DNA from: Myxococcota bacterium
GTDB taxonomy: Bacteria; Myxococcota_A; Bradymonadia; UBA7976; UBA1532
Assembly (NCBI GenBank): GCA_023150895.1
Contig: JAKLJY010000004.1
Span: forward strand, 43,605-107,604
Direction: 5' to 3'
Length of the DNA: 64,000 nucleotides
Shown here: positions 18,746 to 28,100 of the stretch, in pieces
How the letters are laid out: the number at the start of each line of letters is the position of its first letter
Numbering within the stretch: position 1 is the first letter of the stretch
Program-made: the position numbers and the translations under genes
The notes under the pieces: model-generated
The model's input: only the letters and a program-made list of their open reading frames with translations
Told to the model about the DNA's origin: nothing
The model's database searches: none

Positions 18746-21700
18746 ATGGAAGATCAGCTCTGGCACCGCCTTGAAACCGACGGACTGCTGACCCGAGGCG
18801 AGATTGGTCTCGCCCGTGCCCGCCATGCGGCGGCGGGGGGCGCGCCGGACACGGCCATCATCGAGGTGCGGCCGCTTTCGAGCGAGGAGCGCGCGCACCT
18901 GCGTCGACTGCTCGCGCGGGTCATCGACCAGCCAGTCGCGCCGCCCGCTTTCCTCGACGCGCCGGAGGCCGACGCGCTCGCATTCGTCCCGCGGGAGCTC
19001 GCCGACCGCTTCTCCGTGCTCGCCGTGCGCCTGACGCCTCAACTGCTGACGGTCGTCGCCCCGGCCGTCCCCTCGCGCGTGCTCGCCGAGCTCTCCTTCG
19101 TGGCGGGCCGCAAGGTCCAGCCTTACGTGGCGCTCGAGAGCGACATCCGGCATGCCCTTGCTCGCCACCTCGGTCTGCCGATGCCCCCCCGCTTTCAGGC
19201 CCTCGGTGCGCCGCAGCCGACGCCGCCGCCGCAGTCCCCGGCCGCGAAGCCCGCGCCCGAGGCGCTGCGCGAAGTCGACCGGGGCTGGGGCCAGAACACG
19301 CCCGTCCCGGGCGCCGTGCAGCTCAAGGCCTTGCGCGGCCCGGAGGGCGCCACGCCCCTCCCCGGACTCGGACAGCGCGACTGGGTGGCCCGCGCCCTCG
19401 AGACGCTTCGGGCGGCGCCGGATACGACGGCGCTCAACGCCGAACTCGGACACCTGGCCATCCCCGGCATGCACCTCGCGGTGTTCCTGCGTGTCGTCGG
19501 AGACCGACTCGAGTGCGTCGCCGCAGCCAAGGGGGCCTCGCCGGTGTCCGACGCGACCTCGGTGTGGCTCGAACCCGAAGTCGACTCGATCATCGGGCGG
19601 GCGATTCACCGCTCCGCCACCCGCTGCGGCCCATATCGGGAGGATCCGGCCTTTGCCCGCCTGTATCGGGGCCTGAGCCTGCCGGATCCCGGCGATGTGC
19701 TCGTCGTGCCGCTGAAGCGGGGTGACCGCGTCCTCGGCGTCTTCATCGGCGACAACGGGGCCCAGACGATCGCGCCCCTCACCGCCAGCGCCGTGCGTCG
19801 ACTCCTGGGCGGACTCGTCGAGTTCTGGCCGGTCGACGGCCCGGCGACCGTCGCGGTGCCCGTGGTCGAACCGGGGGCGGCTGCCCCGACCCCGGCGGCC
19901 GCGACGCCCGGCCCGGACGCACCGAGCGCACCCAACGCACCGACCCCCGGGACGCTCCTCGGTCACCCGGCATTGCGGCCGGAGGTGAGTGTTCCGCTCG
20001 GGACCCCGTCCGCACCGCCAGCGGAGGCCGCCGCCGTCGCCCCCGCCGCGAGGGTCGTTCACCGACCGACGGCCGAGCTCGTGTCACTGCCACCACACGA
20101 GACGCCGCCCGTCGAATTCGAGAGCGAGCCCGACGCCGGCCTCCCGGAGTGGGAACTCCCGGGCGAACCGACGGCGACGGCACCGCCGAGGGTGGCCGAG
20201 GGCCCCGAGGAGCCCGCCCTGGTCGACCTTTTCACCTCCGCCGACGTCGCGGAGCTCGCGCTCCTCGACGACCCCCCGCCGGCGGAGTCCGCGACGGCGA
20301 CTCGTCCGGGCGTTCCAGTGCTCGAGACCCGCCCCCTGCTCCCCGCGATCACGACGACGACGGCGGGCACCCCGTCCATCGCCGACACCGTCGTCGAGAT
20401 GCGCCCGATGGCGCTCGCCGAGCTCGTCGACGCGATGGTCGCCGAGACACGGCCGACGCAGACGCTCGCGGCCGTCTCCGCGCTCAAAGAGCCCGCCCCG
20501 ACCGCGCCGCGCCCTCAGCTCCTCGACCTCGATGACATGGCCACGGTGCCGGCGATGGCCCGGTTGCGACCGCGCGCTGCTCCCGACGAGCCGCCGCCTC
20601 CCCCGGCCTCCCCCCCATCCGTCCAGGCCGACGCACCTCCGTCCGCGTCCGCCGACCCGGAGCCGGAACCGGCCCCCCGGGGCTTGCCCTTTCCGACGCC
20701 GGGCTGGACCGACGAACTGCCCGTGCCCGTCGTGACGGCCATTCGCTCCGTACGGGCCGACGCAGAGCCGTCGACGGAGGTCGAAGCGCCGGCGGTGCGC
20801 TTCCAGGCCATCGCCGCGGGCCCTTCGCCCACGGGCGAGACGCCCCGTCCGACGGGATTCCGACCGGGTTTCGCGCCGACGCCGTTCGATCCGCCCTCCG
20901 GGCCGATGCCCCGCGTGACCGTGACGCTCACGCCGCGGCCGGTCGATCCCGAGGCCACGCCCCCACCGGCGCCGGCAGCCGCGCCCGTGCCCGCCGCGCC
21001 CGAGGGGCCCACGACGGCCGAACTCGCGACGGCGCTGCTCGAAGCCTTCGCGCCGGCGCCCGCCCGGGTCGAGGATCCGGGTCGCCCGCAACCGCCCGAG
21101 GCACCGCAGCCGGCGGCCCTCCCGACCGACGCCCCGCGCCGGCGTGTGACGGACGCGGACGTCCGGGTCGCGATCCAGGACCTGAGCCGGCCGGACGCGT
21201 CGGTCCGTCAACAGGCCGAGGATCTGCTCCTCTCGGTGGGCGAACCTGCGCTCGGGCCGATCTTCGACGCCTTCCCCGGCCACCTCGTCGTCGACCGGTT
21301 CGCGCAGCCGGCCGGAGCCATCGCGGTCGAGCAGCACAGCGCCCTCCTCCGGGTCATCGTTCGCCTCGGGCCGCTGGCGACGGGGGCCCTCGAGGGGCTC
21401 TGCGCCCACCTGTCGCCCGAGATCCGGTATTATGCCGTTTACGCGTTCAGCACCCTGCGCAGCCAGGCATCCCTGCCCGTCATCGCCACGCGGCTGACGG
21501 ACAGCGACGCGAGCGTACGAGACGTCGCCGTCCACGTCCTCGAGCAGTATCGCGGCCAGACCGCGTTCAAGCAGTTCGTCGCGCAGGTGCGCGAAGAGCT
21601 CAAGGCCGCGCCGGCCCGCCGGCGACGCGCGCTCGTCGAGGCCGCCGGCCGTTTGCACCTGGCGGAGACCATCCCCGAGCTGGTCCTGCTGCTCGGCGAC

Positions 21701-22018
21701 CTCGGCAGCGGTCTTCAGGAGCCGGCCCACCGCGCCCTTCAGGAGATCGCGCGTGCCGATTTCGGCCTCGACGCCTGGAAGTGGCAGAAGTGGCTCGAGC
21801 GCAACGGACATCGGCCGCGGGTCGAGTGGCTGCTCGACGGCCTCCTGAGCGACCACCGAGCCATCCGGGCCGGCGCGTTTCAGGAGCTCCGCCGCCTGAC
21901 GCACCAGAACTACGGCTATCTGGTCGATGCGCCGCCCGCCGAACGACGCAGCGGGCACGAGCGCTGGCTCAAGTGGTGGCGTGACGTGGGCATGACCCGC
22001 TTCGCCGGATACCGCTGA
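18746..22018 (+). CDS. multidomain protein: T2SSE_N (MshEN-like) domain, GAF-like domain, about 600-aa Pro/Ala-rich disordered linker, C-terminal HEAT (PBS-lyase-like) repeats
   Basis: N-terminus (..LLTRGEIGLARARHA...FVPRELADRFSVLAVRL..LLTVVAPAV..RVLAELSFVAGRKVQPYVALESDIRHAL) fits the T2SS-E N-terminal fold. GAF-like block (..VLVVPLKRGDRVLGVFIGDN..). C-terminus has HEAT-like repeats (..IRYYAVYAFSTLR..ASVRDVAVHVLE..). Start at ATG 18746 (MEDQLWHRL). Confidence 0.7.
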   Translation: MEDQLWHRLETDGLLTRGEIGLARARHAAAGGAPDTAIIEVRPLSSEERAHLRRLLARVIDQPVAPPAFLDAPEADALAFVPRELADRFSVLAVRLTPQLLTVVAPAVPSRVLAELSFVAGRKVQPYVALESDIRHALARHLGLPMPPRFQALGAPQPTPPPQSPAAKPAPEALREVDRGWGQNTPVPGAVQLKALRGPEGATPLPGLGQRDWVARALETLRAAPDTTALNAELGHLAIPGMHLAVFLRVVGDRLECVAAAKGASPVSDATSVWLEPEVDSIIGRAIHRSATRCGPYREDPAFARLYRGLSLPDPGDVLVVPLKRGDRVLGVFIGDNGAQTIAPLTASAVRRLLGGLVEFWPVDGPATVAVPVVEPGAAAPTPAAATPGPDAPSAPNAPTPGTLLGHPALRPEVSVPLGTPSAPPAEAAAVAPAARVVHRPTAELVSLPPHETPPVEFESEPDAGLPEWELPGEPTATAPPRVAEGPEEPALVDLFTSADVAELALLDDPPPAESATATRPGVPVLETRPLLPAITTTTAGTPSIADTVVEMRPMALAELVDAMVAETRPTQTLAAVSALKEPAPTAPRPQLLDLDDMATVPAMARLRPRAAPDEPPPPPASPPSVQADAPPSASADPEPEPAPRGLPFPTPGWTDELPVPVVTAIRSVRADAEPSTEVEAPAVRFQAIAAGPSPTGETPRPTGFRPGFAPTPFDPPSGPMPRVTVTLTPRPVDPEATPPPAPAAAPVPAAPEGPTTAELATALLEAFAPAPARVEDPGRPQPPEAPQPAALPTDAPRRRVTDADVRVAIQDLSRPDASVRQQAEDLLLSVGEPALGPIFDAFPGHLVVDRFAQPAGAIAVEQHSALLRVIVRLGPLATGALEGLCAHLSPEIRYYAVYAFSTLRSQASLPVIATRLTDSDASVRDVAVHVLEQYRGQTAFKQFVAQVREELKAAPARRRRALVEAAGRLHLAETIPELVLLLGDLGSGLQEPAHRALQEIARADFGLDAWKWQKWLERNGHRPRVEWLLDGLLSDHRAIRAGAFQELRRLTHQNYGYLVDAPPAERRSGHERWLKWWRDVGMTRFAGYR

Positions 22019-22071
22019 GGCCCCGGGGCGCCTTGACGCGGAGGGCGGGCCAAGGCTAGAACGCCGGCCCG

Positions 22072-22962
22072 ATGTCCAAGAACCTGCCCGGGCCCCTGCG
22101 GTACCTTCCGGAACTGGTGGCGCTGGCCAAACCCGGCGTGACGCTCCTCGTGATCATCACGACGGTCGGCGGTCTTTGGCTCGCCCCCGGGCAGCTCTCC
22201 CTGACCACGTTGGCGGCTGCGCTGGTGGGGACGGTGCTCGTGGTCGCCTCGGCGAACACGTTCAACTGCTACCTCGAACGCGAGTCCGACAAGTACATGC
22301 AGCGGACCCGGAACCGGCCGCTGCCCGCGGGGCGCATTCCGCCGCACATCGCCCTCATTCATGGCTTCGTGCTGGCTGCCATCTCGTTGCCGGCGCTGTT
22401 CGTCGGGGTCAACGTTACGACAGGTCTCCTGGCGCTGCTCGCGCTCGTCTCCTATGTGGCCGTCTACACCCCGTTGAAACGAATCGGCCCCGTCGCCCTG
22501 CTCGTCGGCTCGGTGCCCGGGGCCATGCCACCCCTGATGGGGTGGTCGGCGGTCACGGGTGGCCTGGAACTGCCCGGGCTGGTGCTCTTCGGCATCCTCT
22601 ACGTCTGGCAGATTCCGCACTTCCTCGCGATCAGCATCTATCGCGCGACGGAGTACCAGCGCGCCGGCCTGCGCACCCTGCCCCTCGTCCGAGGCGTCCG
22701 CGTCGCCAAATGGCACGCCCTCTTCTGGTCACTCGTGCTCCTGCCGGTCACGTTGGCCCTCTTTCCGCTCGGGCTCGCCGGGCCCATCTACCTGACCGTC
22801 TCCGCCGCGCTCGGGCTCGGATTCGTCATCTACGCCCTCGCTGGCCTGCGGAGCACGGCCGACGAGGTCTGGGCCCGGAAGTACTTTCTCTACACGCTGG
22901 TGTACCTGATGACGCTGTTCGCCGCCCTGGTGGTCGACGCGGGCCCCGCCCATGCCCACTGA
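22072..22962 (+). CDS. ctaB: protoheme IX farnesyltransferase (heme O synthase)
   Basis: UbiA-superfamily polytopic protein with a CyoE/CtaB signature (..NCYLERESDKYMQRTRNRPLPAGRI..). Confidence 0.9.
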   Translation: MSKNLPGPLRYLPELVALAKPGVTLLVIITTVGGLWLAPGQLSLTTLAAALVGTVLVVASANTFNCYLERESDKYMQRTRNRPLPAGRIPPHIALIHGFVLAAISLPALFVGVNVTTGLLALLALVSYVAVYTPLKRIGPVALLVGSVPGAMPPLMGWSAVTGGLELPGLVLFGILYVWQIPHFLAISIYRATEYQRAGLRTLPLVRGVRVAKWHALFWSLVLLPVTLALFPLGLAGPIYLTVSAALGLGFVIYALAGLRSTADEVWARKYFLYTLVYLMTLFAALVVDAGPAHAH

Positions 22963-23905
22963 AACGACGCCGCTGCTCGAGGTCCGGCACCTCTCCGTGA
23001 ACTTCAAGACCCGGAGCGTCCTCGACGACGTTTCGTTTTCGGTCGCGCGCGGGGAGATCTTCGGGCTGCTCGGACCCAACGGCTCGGGCAAGAGCACGAC
23101 GTTTCACGTGCTCACGGGGGTCCTCCGACCGCGGGCCGGCGAACTCGTCTTCCGCGGCACACGCATCGACCCCGGCGAACGGGACATGCGACGCCGAATG
23201 GGGGTCGTCTTTCAGGCGCCCTCCGTCGACATCAATCTCAGTTGCCGGGAGAACCTGCTCCTGGCCGCCCGCCTTCATCGAGTCCCGCGCTCGGCGCGCG
23301 ACGCGCGAGTGCGTGATCTTCTCGGCCTCGCCGATCTCACCGACCGTGCGGACGACCGCGTCAAGACGCTCTCGGGCGGGATGAAACGACGTCTCGAGCT
23401 GGCGCGCAGCCTCGTCCACGAACCGGAGTTCCTGATCCTCGACGAGCCGACGGTCGGTCTCGACGAGGCCAGCTTCGAGCGCACCTGGCAGCGCCTCACG
23501 CGGCTCCGGGCCGAACGAGGGCTGACGCTTCTGCTCTCGACCCACCGACCGGAAGAGGCCGCACGCTGTGACCGCCTCGCCGTCCTCGACGGCGGCCGAG
23601 TGGTGACCGTGGACACGCCGGCGGCACTCCAGGCGCGCGTCTCCGGCGACGTCGTTCGCCTGATGGGTCCCGATCCGGAAGAGATCGCCGCGACGCTCGC
23701 GGCGCGGTTCCCCCACGCGGTGACGGTCGAGGCGCAGGGCGTCGCGCTCGTCGTCGAGCGGGGTCACGAGTGGATCCCACGGTTCGTCGAGGCGTTTCCC
23801 GCGGGGCGCCTGAGCGCCGTGGAGATGCACCGGCCCTCCCTCGCCGACGTGTTCCTTTCGTTGACGGGCCACGCGCTCTCGGATGCTGGAGGTCTTGCCC
23901 CGTGA
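22952..23905 (+). CDS. ABC transporter ATP-binding protein (ABC-2 type)
   Basis: Walker A (GPNGSGKST), ABC signature (LSGGMKRRLELA) and Walker B (ILDEPT). Overlaps the ctaB end by 11 nt. Confidence 0.85.
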   Translation: MPTETTPLLEVRHLSVNFKTRSVLDDVSFSVARGEIFGLLGPNGSGKSTTFHVLTGVLRPRAGELVFRGTRIDPGERDMRRRMGVVFQAPSVDINLSCRENLLLAARLHRVPRSARDARVRDLLGLADLTDRADDRVKTLSGGMKRRLELARSLVHEPEFLILDEPTVGLDEASFERTWQRLTRLRAERGLTLLLSTHRPEEAARCDRLAVLDGGRVVTVDTPAALQARVSGDVVRLMGPDPEEIAATLAARFPHAVTVEAQGVALVVERGHEWIPRFVEAFPAGRLSAVEMHRPSLADVFLSLTGHALSDAGGLAP

Positions 23906-24726
23906 CACCCGGCTCGAATCAGCCCTCCGCCGTCGCCGGCGCGTCGGCGCTCCGCGACGATCTCGCCACGATCGGGGTGCTCTGGTCCCGCGATCTCGTC
24001 CGATTTCTTCGCCAGCCGACCCGCATCATCGGCGCGCTCGCCCAGCCCATCGTGTTCTGGCTGCTCATCGGGGGCGGCATGGCCTCGACGTTCCGGTACG
24101 GGGCCGCGCCCGAGGTCGGGTACATGCAGTATTTCTACCCCGGCATCCTCGTCATGATGGTCCTGTTCGCCAGCATCTTCGGCACCATCACCGTGATCGA
24201 AGATCGCCACGCGGGCTTCCTGCAAAGCGTCCTGGTGGGACCGGGGTCGCGCGCGGCCGTCGTCATCGGCAAGTCCATCGGCGTCGGCAGCGTCGGCCTC
24301 GTCCAGGCGGCCGTCTTCCTTTGCCTCGCCCCGGCGGCAGGCTTCGGTCTCGGCGACATCGACTGGCTCACGCTCGTCTACGCGCTCGGCGTCGGTGCCT
24401 TGGGGCTCTCGGCGTTCGGCTTCTCGCTGGCCTGGCTTACGGACTCGACCCAGGCCTACCACGCCGTCATGAGCATCGTGCTGCTCCCCGCGTGGGTCCT
24501 GAGCGGCGCCATGTTTCCCCCTTCGGACGATCACGCGGTCCTCGCCGCCCTCATGCGCGCCAATCCGATGAGCTACCTCGTGGCCGGCGTTCGGCACGCG
24601 CTGCACGTCACCGGCGAAACACCGGCCGCGGCCGGGGCATCTCTGGGCACGAGCCTGGCCGTCCTGACGGCGTTCGCCGCGGCTTCCGTCGCGCTCGCCA
24701 CCTTCGCCATCTACCGGAAGCGTTGA
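23902..24726 (+). CDS. ABC-2 family transporter permease
   Basis: 6-TM ABC-2 permease pattern. GTG start overlapping the ATPase stop (GTGA). The longer upstream extension is less likely. Confidence 0.65.
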   Translation: MTPGSNQPSAVAGASALRDDLATIGVLWSRDLVRFLRQPTRIIGALAQPIVFWLLIGGGMASTFRYGAAPEVGYMQYFYPGILVMMVLFASIFGTITVIEDRHAGFLQSVLVGPGSRAAVVIGKSIGVGSVGLVQAAVFLCLAPAAGFGLGDIDWLTLVYALGVGALGLSAFGFSLAWLTDSTQAYHAVMSIVLLPAWVLSGAMFPPSDDHAVLAALMRANPMSYLVAGVRHALHVTGETPAAAGASLGTSLAVLTAFAAASVALATFAIYRKR

Positions 24727-24734
24727 GGTTCAAC

Positions 24735-25154
24735 GTGAGTGACGCCACCCTTGCAGCCGTCAGCGCCTGCCTCAACGTCGCCGCCACGGTCGGACTCCTG
24801 GCCGGCCGGGCGGCTGCTCGCGCCGGCCGCGTCGACCGCCACCGGGTCCTCATGGTCGCGACGATCGCCCTCAGCGGGCTCTTTCTGCTCGCGTACGGGA
24901 GCCGCTGGGTCCTCTACGAGCCCCGTCGCTTCGGCGGCGAAGGGATCGCACGCGCCGTGTATCTGGCCATCCTCTTTCCCCACATGATCCTGGCGATGAC
25001 GGTCCCATACATCGCCCTCCGCGCGGCCTTCCTCGGCCGCGCAGGTCGCATCGACGCACACCGCGCGCTCGTCCGCTGGGGCTGGCCCGTGTGGCTCTTC
25101 GTCTCGATCACCGGTGTCGTCGTGTACGCGATGCTCTATCACTGGCCCGCGTGA
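24735..25154 (+). CDS. DUF420-family membrane protein
   Basis: About 139 aa with 4 TM helices and a DUF420-like sequence (..YLAILFPHMILAMTVPYIALRAAFL..). This family is often found with heme-copper oxidase biogenesis genes. GTG start. Confidence 0.5.
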   Translation: MSDATLAAVSACLNVAATVGLLAGRAAARAGRVDRHRVLMVATIALSGLFLLAYGSRWVLYEPRRFGGEGIARAVYLAILFPHMILAMTVPYIALRAAFLGRAGRIDAHRALVRWGWPVWLFVSITGVVVYAMLYHWPA

Positions 25155-25170
25155 CACGCCGCCGGCGTGC
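25155..25170. terminator. candidate bidirectional hairpin
   Basis: Palindrome cacgccg/cggcgtg between the convergent DUF420 gene (+) and the OMP gene (-). Confidence 0.25.
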
Positions 25171-25184
25171 CGGTCATCGCCGAC

Positions 25185-26564
25185 TCAGAACTGCCCGCCG
25201 AGCCCGAGCGCGAGCGTGAAGACGGTCGTCTCCTCGAAGCGCAGTCGGCGCCCCGCCGCGTCAATCGCGGCGACATAGGTCGGATTCTGCTCGTCGGCGT
25301 TGAAACTGGGGTCATCCCGATTCTCGACGAGACCGGTGCCGTCGAGGTCCTTGCCGACGTCTGCGCTGCTCGCAAAGTGCTCCGTCTCGTGGGCAAGCGA
25401 CAGGTCGACCATGAACTTCACGTACTGGCTGAAATACGCTCCGAGACCGAGGTGCCCGCGGACGACACCGAACTGCTCGACGGTCGTGATGCCGTCGAAC
25501 GCCTGCCCGTGGAGCTCCGAGTTGCTATCGGGATTGTAACAGCCGACGTTGCGCGGGGCCGCGGCGCCGAGGGCGCAGGTGCGACCCCCGAAGGCGAAGG
25601 CATCGAACAGGTCCGTATAGTCCCGCCCTTCGCCGTGATACTCCGCGCCGAGCCCGAGATCGATGAACACCTTCACGTATCGCCGTCCGACCTGTTCGAA
25701 CGGCACGATCTCGGCGCCGACGTCGAACTTGGCGACGCCGCCGGGGCCAATCTCCTCCTGAGCGAACTTGTAGTCCTTGAACATCGAGCTCGACGACGGC
25801 ACGAAAAGCGAGCCGCTGACGGAGAAGTAGGGGTCCACATGCTCGAAGCGGCGCGACATCGCCGTGCCGAGGGTCAGCGCGTGAACGCCGCGCCCGACGC
25901 CGTCGTTGCCGGGGCGCATGATCTTGCCGGTCGGCAAACCCCAGGTGAAAAAGAGCGTCCACGTCGCACGAGCCTCGTCTCGCTCCTGATTGAACGGGGA
26001 CCAGCGCAGCGACAGCGACATGTCCCCGAAACCGGCCCGGGTCGGCAGCTTCGGGGGAACCGGGAAGAGGTCCGGCGGATCCTCCGTTTCGCCCGGTGCG
26101 GCATCGGGTGCGATCGTGCTGATCTGCCCGTCGACCGCGACGCCATCCGGATCGCCGCCGTCGCCGGCAAAGCGCACTTCCTGCGTATCGTCGAGGACGA
26201 TGGGCATCTCGATCTGCAGCGCGAGGTCATGCCACAGGCCGAGCTGCGCCCGGGGCGTGAGGCTGTGCGTCCAGCGCTGCACCCGGAGCTCTTTCGCGTA
26301 AACCAGCTCGCCGATGCCGTTCGGGGCCGACGGGCAGGTGTCGGGGGAGGCCTCCTGGGTGCAGTTGAACTCCCGCGTGACCTTCGCGCGGCGCAGCGTC
26401 CGGCTGTAGGTCAGCTCGATGGTCGCGTCGTACGGATCGTCTCCGTCCGCGGCGTCCGCGACGGAGGTGATCTCCGCGCCGTTTACCGAGGCCGCGGGGC
26501 ACAGTACGAGAAGCAGGGCGGCACCCCGGAGGCGGGGCGAGATTCGACGGGCGAAGGTCGGCAT
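25185..26564 (-). CDS. outer-membrane beta-barrel protein (MetA/'transporter'-family-like)
   Basis: Start at MPTFARRISPRLRGAALLLVLCPAASVNG (Sec signal). Alternating amphipathic beta-strand pattern. C-terminal ..TLALGLGGQF with terminal Phe, typical of OM barrels. The upstream extension is a frame shadow. Confidence 0.6.
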   Translation of the reverse strand: MPTFARRISPRLRGAALLLVLCPAASVNGAEITSVADAADGDDPYDATIELTYSRTLRRAKVTREFNCTQEASPDTCPSAPNGIGELVYAKELRVQRWTHSLTPRAQLGLWHDLALQIEMPIVLDDTQEVRFAGDGGDPDGVAVDGQISTIAPDAAPGETEDPPDLFPVPPKLPTRAGFGDMSLSLRWSPFNQERDEARATWTLFFTWGLPTGKIMRPGNDGVGRGVHALTLGTAMSRRFEHVDPYFSVSGSLFVPSSSSMFKDYKFAQEEIGPGGVAKFDVGAEIVPFEQVGRRYVKVFIDLGLGAEYHGEGRDYTDLFDAFAFGGRTCALGAAAPRNVGCYNPDSNSELHGQAFDGITTVEQFGVVRGHLGLGAYFSQYVKFMVDLSLAHETEHFASSADVGKDLDGTGLVENRDDPSFNADEQNPTYVAAIDAAGRRLRFEETTVFTLALGLGGQF

Positions 26565-26620
26565 CGGGCGTACGGGCTCCCCGGTGGGCTGCGGGCGACG
26601 ACGAATCGGCAGATTACCGT

Positions 26621-28006
26621 TCAAGTCTCGCGCAACCCAAGTTCCTTCATCTTGATCTGCAGGCTCTTGCGCGAGATTTCGAGTCGGCGGGCGGCCTGCG
26701 TCACATTGCCCCGCGTCTCGGCGAGGGCGCGTTCGATCATCTCCCGCTCGACGGCCTGCGTCGTCAGGCGCACGGCGTCCTTCAGCCCGACCCCGGCGGG
26801 CGGAATCGGGGCCAGCGGCGTCGCCGCTCCGATGCGCCCGGTGAGTTCCGCCGGAAGGTCCGCGACCCGCACGACCGGACCGTCGCAGAACAGCAGCGTT
26901 CGCTCGACGACGTTCTCGAGCTCGCGGATGTTGCCGGGCCACGGGTAGCGCGAGAGAAGCTCGAGGGCCTCGTCTGCGACGCGCTCGATCCCGGCCTTGC
27001 CGAGGCGGACCATGTACTTCTGAAGCATGTGCCCGACGAGGGCCGGGATGTCCTGCGTGCGCTCGCGCAGCGGCGGCAGCGGGATGGGGACGACGTTGAG
27101 CCGATAATAGAGGTCGTCCCGGAACTTGCCGTCGGCGACGTCGCGCGCGAGGTCGCGGTTCGTGGCGGTGATCAGGCGAACGTCGACGCGGCGCGTCGTC
27201 ACGCCGCCGACGCGCTCGAACTCGCTCTCCTGAATGGCCCGCAGCAGTTTCACCTGCATTTCGGTCGAGATCTCACCGATCTCGTCGAGGAAGAGCGTCC
27301 CGGTGTGCGCGAGCTCGAAGCGCCCCGGCTTGCTCGTGACGGCGCCGGTGAAGGCGCCCTTCTCGTACCCGAAGAGTTCCGACTCGATCAGCGTATCGGG
27401 GATCGCTGCGCAGTTGACCCGGATGAAGGGCTTGCTCGCACGCGGGGAGTGTTCGTGGACGGCCTTGGCGATGAGCTCCTTGCCCGTCCCGCTCTCGCCC
27501 GTAATCAGGAGGGTGGACGGCGTCGCGGCGACCTTCTCGACGATCTCGAACACCCGCTGCATGGCCGGGCTCTGCCCGATGATGCCGAACCGCCCCTGCC
27601 CTTCCCGGGCGGGCAACGACGTCGTCTCGCGCGCGTTCAGGCGGCTGGTGCTGACGGCCTTGGCGACGACCTTCGCGAGTTCCTGCAGATCGAACGGTTT
27701 GGTGATGAAGTCGAAGGCACCGAGCTTGACCGCCTCGACGGCAGCGTCGATCGTCCCGTGCGCCGTCACGACGATGACGGGCAGGTCGGGCGCGCGGGCC
27801 GCGACGCGCTTCAGCAGTGCCATGCCATCGAGATTCGGCATCCGGAGATCCGTCAGGATGGACGCGTAATCCTCCTCCTGAACCATCTCCCAGGCCTCGG
27901 CGCCGTCCTCCGCCGTGTCGACCTCGTAGCCCTCCCGGCGGAGCAGGCCCGCGAGGACTTTGCGCAGATTGCTCTCGTCGTCGACGACCAGGATCCGGTC
28001 GCTCAT
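26621..28006 (-). CDS. sigma54-dependent response regulator (NtrC family)
   Basis: Receiver domain (ILVVDDE..LTDLRMPNLDG), AAA+ sigma54-activator domain with GESGTGKE and a GAFTGA motif (EKGAFTGA), and a C-terminal HTH. Start at MSDRILVVDD (ATG 28006). Confidence 0.85.
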   Translation of the reverse strand: MSDRILVVDDESNLRKVLAGLLRREGYEVDTAEDGAEAWEMVQEEDYASILTDLRMPNLDGMALLKRVAARAPDLPVIVVTAHGTIDAAVEAVKLGAFDFITKPFDLQELAKVVAKAVSTSRLNARETTSLPAREGQGRFGIIGQSPAMQRVFEIVEKVAATPSTLLITGESGTGKELIAKAVHEHSPRASKPFIRVNCAAIPDTLIESELFGYEKGAFTGAVTSKPGRFELAHTGTLFLDEIGEISTEMQVKLLRAIQESEFERVGGVTTRRVDVRLITATNRDLARDVADGKFRDDLYYRLNVVPIPLPPLRERTQDIPALVGHMLQKYMVRLGKAGIERVADEALELLSRYPWPGNIRELENVVERTLLFCDGPVVRVADLPAELTGRIGAATPLAPIPPAGVGLKDAVRLTTQAVEREMIERALAETRGNVTQAARRLEISRKSLQIKMKELGLRET

Positions 28007-28100
28007 GGACGCCTCCACGGCATGGCGCCGCGGGCGGCATCGTAGCAGGGCGACGCGGCGCTGGGAACCGACCGGGGCATCCTGTGTTAGAGTCCGCCCC

